This document shows positions 58,587 through 64,000 of a stretch of 64,000 nt of DNA, piece by piece; positions within the stretch are counted from its first letter, which is position 1, and each line of letters opens with the position of its first letter. The notes under the pieces are model-generated. The model searched no databases. It was not told the DNA's origin and was given only the letters and a program-made list of their open reading frames with translations. A program made the position numbers and the translations under genes. The DNA is taken from positions 2,656,001-2,720,000 of the forward strand of contig CBDHHL010000032.1 in the NCBI GenBank assembly GCA_965263355.1, read 5' to 3'. Origin of the DNA: Leptolyngbyaceae cyanobacterium. GTDB lineage: Bacteria; Cyanobacteriota; Cyanobacteriia; Phormidesmidales; Phormidesmidaceae.

Positions 58587-61500
58587 ATGCTACAAGATCA
58601 GTTTCAGGACGTTACTGAATCAAGTTTTCCTAAACTTCTAAAGAGAAACGATAATCCGGTCTGGGACGAGTGGGAAGATACAGATGGTGATGGTCTTGTT
58701 GATAGGCAGCCCAGCTATGGTGTGGCTTGGGGTGACGCCAATGGCGATGGATATGCTGATCTGTACTTAAATAATCACTTTGGCGATCGTAATGGCCCAC
58801 CGCCTTCGCTGTATATAAACCAGCAAGACGGTACCTTTGTAAATCGACTAGACCTATTTCCAGCTGATGATCGTGGAGATATTGTTAGGGGCGATCGCCA
58901 TGGCAATATTTGGGCTGATTTTGATAATGATGGTGATCAAGATTTAATTCAGTTAGTAGGGCTGAACTCAGATTCAGAACCCAGTAGAAATAAGCTTTTT
59001 ATCAACGAAATAAACGAAGGCGGTATTTTTGTTGATAAAGGCGTTGACTTTGGCATCACCTATCCTGAGTCCCGAGCCCGTGAAGCAACTGTATTTGATT
59101 TTAACAATGACGGATTGTTGGATTTCATTCACGGGTCCCTAACCGATGGCACGAAAAATCCTGAGTTACCAGCAACGGTTTTCCAGCAAAATCCAGATGG
59201 CACATTTTCAGATGTTGGTGCGGCAGTTGATTTCGAATTTGACCGCAGCTATGGGGTTGAGTACGTCGCCCTAGCAGACTTTACGGGAGATGGGCGTCTG
59301 GACGTTTTCCAGAAACAACCTAATGACGTCTATGACATTACCTCTGGCAAGTTCGTCAAAATCACCGACTCGTTATTTGACGGTGTTACCCTGCAAAACG
59401 GTAGGGGATTGGTCGATATGGCCATTGCCGACTTCAATGGAGATTTAAAGCCTGATATATTTCTGCCTAGTTCCGGTGGCAATGGTCATCAATTGGTATT
59501 GAGTTCCCCAACTGGTTGGGAAGATAAGTCTGTTGAGTCTGGGGTACGCTCAGTTTCCTATCGGACAACGGATGGCGGCGGTGTGGTTACAGGTGATTTT
59601 GACAACGACGGGGATGTGGACCTGTTTGCCCTTGACCGTAATGGTGGTCCTGATTTTATTTTTGAAAATCAGGGGGATGGGACATTTACAGCCAATGCTT
59701 TTTCAGATACCACCCCATTGCCGGGTGTACCGCGACCCGATTTACGCACGGTGGCAGTGGCAGACTATAACAATGATGGCTTTTTAGATCTACTGGAAAC
59801 GACCCATAGAAACGACCCTACGTATCGCTTGTTGCAGAATAAAGGCAATAGCAATAACTGGCTCTCGATTGATCTAGAAGGGACGGAATCCAATCGTGAC
59901 GGTATTGGAGCAACGGTTTACGTGACAGCTGGTGGTGTCACTCAAATGAGGCAACAGACTAACGGACAACACCACAGGGCACAGGATCACAAACGTATTC
60001 ATTTTGGTTTGGGTGATCAAAGCACAATCAGTGAGATTCGAATTAAGTGGCCCAGCGGAATCGAGCAAGTACTAACTGGAGTGACTGTTAATCAAATTCT
60101 TCAAGTTGTTGAGGCAGAGAGTCAATTCGAGGCAATTGATGATTCTGCCATCACCTCCCTGGATACAGCCATCGATATTCAGGTTTTGGCTAATGATGCC
60201 ATTACCCCAGAAACTGTATTCACCTTATCTGCCGATGGAGCCAGTAACGGTAGCGTTGCAGTTAACGATAATAGTACGCCAGCTGATAGCAGCGATGATT
60301 TCATTACCTATACCCCTAATGCAAATTTTGCAGGGACCGATGCATTTACCTATGAAATCAACAACAGCGAGGGCGGCACGGATACGGCGACCGTTAATGT
60401 CACAGTTCTCAACGGGAATCTACCTGTAGCAACAGATGACAGTGGAACAGTTGCAGAAGACTCACAGATCACCCTGGATGTGCTGTCGAATGACACCGAT
60501 GCAGACAACGATATCTTGAGCCTTGAATCTGTACTCTCCAGTAGCAATGGTAACACTAGTATTGATGGCAACCAGGTGGTTTATACCCCCAATGCCAACT
60601 TCAATGGAACTGACAACTTTAGCTACACCGTAACCGATGGTAATGGGGGCTCTGCGACTGCCACAGTAACTATCGAGGTAACAAGTGTCAACGATGCACC
60701 GGTAGCCAATAGTGATACGGTCACCACAGAGCAAAATACAGCTGTTCAAGTGCAGGTGCTTGCTAATGATACAGATGTTGATGGGGATACCCTGACGGTC
60801 GTATCTGCTAGTGGGGCCAGTGAAGGCACTGTAGAGATTCAAAACAATCAGATTCTCTATACCCCTAATACTGATTTTCTAGGCACTGATTCCTTTACCT
60901 ATGACGTCAGTGACGGCAATGGCGGTACGAATACCGCTACTGTCAATGTCAACATCACTGAACCAAGTATTCGCGTTGAAGAAGGACTCCTGAGTCTATA
61001 CACCTTTAATGAAGGGAGTGGCAACACCGTCTTCGATGTCTCGGGTGTTGGCGATCCCTTAAATCTAGAAATCGACACGACCACTGGCGTCACCGGGGGA
61101 GAAGGGTCCCAAATTACCTGTTCCTGCGGCAGCTGCCAGACTTGTAACTCTCAAGTATCCTGGGGAGATGGCACCCTAAATGTCAGTTCCCACAGCCTGA
61201 TTGGCTCTAATAAAGTGGGCACCAAGCTAATCGATGGTATTCAGGAGACTCAAGAGATTACCATTGAAGCCTGGATCAAAACCAATAGCCTCACACAAAG
61301 CGGACCTGCCAGAATTGTTACCCTCTCTGCCGATGCTGGCAACCGAAACTTTACCCTGGGGCAGGATGGAGACGACTACGAGGTCCGTTTGCGCACCACT
61401 ACTACTGGCAACAATGGTTTTGGCAAAACCGTCACCTCCACTGGATCACAAGTACAGACAGAATTCAGCCATGTTGTCTACTCCCGCGATAATACGGGGT

Positions 61501-63455
61501 TTGCCAGCCTTTACGTAAACAATCAGTTAGTTGGCTCCAACACCATTGATGGAGACTTCTCTAATTGGAACGCTGGGTACCAGTTTGCCTTAGCTAATGA
61601 GCTAGATAGTACCCGACACTGGCTGGGCAGCTATGACCTGGTGGCCATTTACAACCAAGCTTTTGATGCTAGCGAAGTGGAACAGAACTATCTGGCAGGG
61701 GCATCGTTTGGTGATATCCCTACTAATGCTCTTCCTGTCGCAGTAAATGACAGTGGAACTGTTGAAGAAGACTCCCAGCTGACCCTCAATGTGTTGGCCA
61801 ATGACAGTGATGCCGATAATGATAACTTGACCCTGGTGTCAGTATTGCCCGGTAACAATGGCACAACGTCTATTGAAGGGGGGCAGATTGTCTACACACC
61901 AACGGCCAACTTTAGCGGCACTGACAGTTTTGACTATACGGTCTCCGATGGCCAAGGGGGCACTGACACAGCGACCGTAACCATTACGGTGAATAGTGTT
62001 AATGATGACCCTGTGGCTGTGGATGATACAGCGACCACAGACCAAGACTCTAGTCTGCTAGTGCCGGTGTTGTCTAATGACAGCGATGTTGAGGGTGATA
62101 CTCTAACGGTGTTGTCTGCCACTGCAGGAAGTGCTGGCAGCACCGCCATTGAGAACAACCAGATTCGCTATACTCCTGACGCTGGGTTTGTCGGTGACGA
62201 CTCGTTTAGCTACACGGTGGAAGATGGTAACGGCGGTAGTGCGACAGCCACCGTCAATATCACGGTGACTGAATCCACTTCGTCGCCTGGAAATACCGCC
62301 CCTGTGGCTGTCAATGACAGCAGTACGCTGCAGGAAGACTCCCAGCTAACACTCAATGTGTTGGCTAATGACAGTGATGCCGATGATGATAGCTTAAGCC
62401 TTGTGTCAGTATTGCCCGGTAACAATGGCACAACCTCTATTGAAGGTGATCAGGTCGTCTACACGCCAACAGCCAACTTTAGCGGCACTGACAGTTTTGA
62501 CTATACGGTCTCCGATGGCCAAGGGGGCACTGACACAGCGACCGTAACAATTACAGTGAATAATGTTAATGATGACCCTGTGGCTGTGGATGATACGGCG
62601 ACCACAGACCAAGACTCTAGTCTGTTGGTGCCGGTGGTAGCTAATGACACCGATGTTGAGGGTGATACGTTAACGATAGTGTCTGCCACTGCAGGTAGTG
62701 CTGGCAGCACCGCCATTGAGAACAACCAGATTCGCTATACCCCTGACGCTGGTTTTGTCGGTGACGACTCGTTTAGCTATACCGTGGAAGATGGTAACGG
62801 CGGTACGGCTACAGCAACTGTCAATGTCACAGTGACTGATACGACGACTACAACAGGACGTGTGAACGAGGGTCTCTTGAGTCTGTATACCTTTGATGAG
62901 GGGCAGGGGAGTACCGTCTTTGATTTGTCCGGTGTGGGTGATCCGTTAAATCTTGAAATCGAGAATCTCAATGGTATTAGCTGGGGGAACGGCATTTTAG
63001 ATGTCACAGCCCCTAACCTAATCGCATCAAATCAAGCGGCGACTAAGCTGATTGATGGCATTACTGCTACCCAAGAGCTGACCATTGAAGCCTGGATTAC
63101 CCCAGATAATCTCTCCCAGCGTGGCCCAGCTCGGATTGCAACGCTCTCGTCAAATATTGGTAGTCGCAATGTCACCCTAGGTCAGGATAGAGATGAGTAC
63201 CAGACCCGTTTACGCACGACAACCACTGGTAACAATGGTGTTAACAAGTTAGTGACCTCGAGTGGTGATGCCGCAGATACAGCGTTAAGCCATGTGGTCT
63301 ACTCTCGTGATGCCAGTGGCCTCGCTAACCTGTATGTGGATAATCAGCTGGTGGGCACGAATACGATCGATGGTAATTTCTCCAACTGGGATAGTCAGTA
63401 TGAGTTTGCGCTAGCCAATGAACTCGACAGCAGGTCCCTGGTTGGGAAGCTATGA
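58587..63455 (+). CDS. Giant extracellular protein: FG-GAP (CRTAC1-like) + ASPIC/UnbV + cadherin-like/Ig repeats + LamG domains; true end uncertain
   Basis: DFDNDGDxD repeats; SNRDGIGA.V...HFGLG...I.WPSG; PVA.DD...VLANDxD.D.D.L...YTP..F.GTDSF.Y.VSDG.GG repeats; TIEAW..GPARI LamG. Confidence 0.9.
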   Translation: MLQDQFQDVTESSFPKLLKRNDNPVWDEWEDTDGDGLVDRQPSYGVAWGDANGDGYADLYLNNHFGDRNGPPPSLYINQQDGTFVNRLDLFPADDRGDIVRGDRHGNIWADFDNDGDQDLIQLVGLNSDSEPSRNKLFINEINEGGIFVDKGVDFGITYPESRAREATVFDFNNDGLLDFIHGSLTDGTKNPELPATVFQQNPDGTFSDVGAAVDFEFDRSYGVEYVALADFTGDGRLDVFQKQPNDVYDITSGKFVKITDSLFDGVTLQNGRGLVDMAIADFNGDLKPDIFLPSSGGNGHQLVLSSPTGWEDKSVESGVRSVSYRTTDGGGVVTGDFDNDGDVDLFALDRNGGPDFIFENQGDGTFTANAFSDTTPLPGVPRPDLRTVAVADYNNDGFLDLLETTHRNDPTYRLLQNKGNSNNWLSIDLEGTESNRDGIGATVYVTAGGVTQMRQQTNGQHHRAQDHKRIHFGLGDQSTISEIRIKWPSGIEQVLTGVTVNQILQVVEAESQFEAIDDSAITSLDTAIDIQVLANDAITPETVFTLSADGASNGSVAVNDNSTPADSSDDFITYTPNANFAGTDAFTYEINNSEGGTDTATVNVTVLNGNLPVATDDSGTVAEDSQITLDVLSNDTDADNDILSLESVLSSSNGNTSIDGNQVVYTPNANFNGTDNFSYTVTDGNGGSATATVTIEVTSVNDAPVANSDTVTTEQNTAVQVQVLANDTDVDGDTLTVVSASGASEGTVEIQNNQILYTPNTDFLGTDSFTYDVSDGNGGTNTATVNVNITEPSIRVEEGLLSLYTFNEGSGNTVFDVSGVGDPLNLEIDTTTGVTGGEGSQITCSCGSCQTCNSQVSWGDGTLNVSSHSLIGSNKVGTKLIDGIQETQEITIEAWIKTNSLTQSGPARIVTLSADAGNRNFTLGQDGDDYEVRLRTTTTGNNGFGKTVTSTGSQVQTEFSHVVYSRDNTGFASLYVNNQLVGSNTIDGDFSNWNAGYQFALANELDSTRHWLGSYDLVAIYNQAFDASEVEQNYLAGASFGDIPTNALPVAVNDSGTVEEDSQLTLNVLANDSDADNDNLTLVSVLPGNNGTTSIEGGQIVYTPTANFSGTDSFDYTVSDGQGGTDTATVTITVNSVNDDPVAVDDTATTDQDSSLLVPVLSNDSDVEGDTLTVLSATAGSAGSTAIENNQIRYTPDAGFVGDDSFSYTVEDGNGGSATATVNITVTESTSSPGNTAPVAVNDSSTLQEDSQLTLNVLANDSDADDDSLSLVSVLPGNNGTTSIEGDQVVYTPTANFSGTDSFDYTVSDGQGGTDTATVTITVNNVNDDPVAVDDTATTDQDSSLLVPVVANDTDVEGDTLTIVSATAGSAGSTAIENNQIRYTPDAGFVGDDSFSYTVEDGNGGTATATVNVTVTDTTTTTGRVNEGLLSLYTFDEGQGSTVFDLSGVGDPLNLEIENLNGISWGNGILDVTAPNLIASNQAATKLIDGITATQELTIEAWITPDNLSQRGPARIATLSSNIGSRNVTLGQDRDEYQTRLRTTTTGNNGVNKLVTSSGDAADTALSHVVYSRDASGLANLYVDNQLVGTNTIDGNFSNWDSQYEFALANELDSRSLVGKL

Positions 63456-64000
63456 CTTGCTGGCTATTTACAATCAGGCCCTTGATGCCAGTGAGGTAAC
63501 TCAAAATTATCTAGCTGGAACCCAGGTCTGAGAATGAGCCCCCCACCAATACTGCCCCTGTGGCTGTCAATGACAGCGGCAGCTGCAGGAAGACTCTCAG
63601 TGACCCTCAATGTGTGCCAATGACAGCGTGTTGATGATAGCTTGACCCTTGTGTCAGTGGCCTGTGGCATCACGATGAAAGTGGTCAGATTATCTACACA
63701 CCACAGCTAACTTTAGCGGCCTGACAGTTTTGACTCTACGGTCTCCGATGGCCAAGGGGGCACTGACACAGCCACTGTGACCGGTGAATGATGTTTGATA
63801 ACCCCATTGCTGGAGATGATACGACCACCACAGACCACTCGAGTCTGTTGGTGCCAGTGTTGGCTAACGACACCGATATCGATGGCGATACCCTGACATA
63901 GTGTCTGCTACAGCAGAGTAGTGCTGGCAGCACCGCCATTGAGAACAACCAGATTCGCTATACCCCTGACGCTGGTTTTGTCGGTGACGACTCGTTTAGC
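63456..64000 (+). pseudogene. Frameshifted continuation of the giant protein repeats
   Basis: DNA homologous to 61620-62210 and 62290-62780 but with many small deletions. Confidence 0.7.

Noticed and set aside
504..63007. Numerous short antisense or alternate-frame ORFs inside long genes
   Set aside because: Shadow ORFs of well-supported CDSs; the repeated ones at 61.8-63.0 kb only mirror the domain repeats

Overview
Bacterial genomic window, most likely from a filamentous cyanobacterium: HIP1 octamer GCGATCGC recurs, and CcmM-like, CmpA/NrtA-type, Uma2 and CoaR genes are present. In order, it holds an RND permease end and Tex; a patchwork of broken or chimeric toxin-antitoxin and Uma2 modules (5.3-8.6 kb); an M23 peptidase; and two operons behind Zur/Fur-type boxes (HisI variant plus single-SSUL CcmM paralog; FAD oxidoreductase plus FeoB-like protein). 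Next come AIPR, moaB and mazF with a broken mazE; a cyanate cluster (two CynA-like binding proteins, PAS kinase, REC-AraC regulator, cynBD, cynS); CoaR with its operator but no coaT; a Mn/Zn ABC transporter; TIR-WD40; a methyltransferase; and an alpha/beta hydrolase. The last third has a TPS hemagglutinin-like protein, GH3 plus an Asp/Asn beta-hydroxylase, pstSCAB with an extra PstS-like gene, small accessory genes, and a giant FG-GAP/ASPIC/cadherin-like/LamG protein that frameshifts near the window end. The main finding is absent from the ORF track: at 39.1-41.0 kb a tandemly duplicated ~0.9 kb unit carries three 54-57 aa ORFs. They share a double-glycine-type leader (LWQxLxNAQQE..TKGG) and have divergent Arg/Gly-rich cores starting YR, and each unit ends in a conserved ~190 nt structured element. 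Several MITE and dispersed-repeat families are also visible. All family assignments come from motif recognition by eye, not from database searches.
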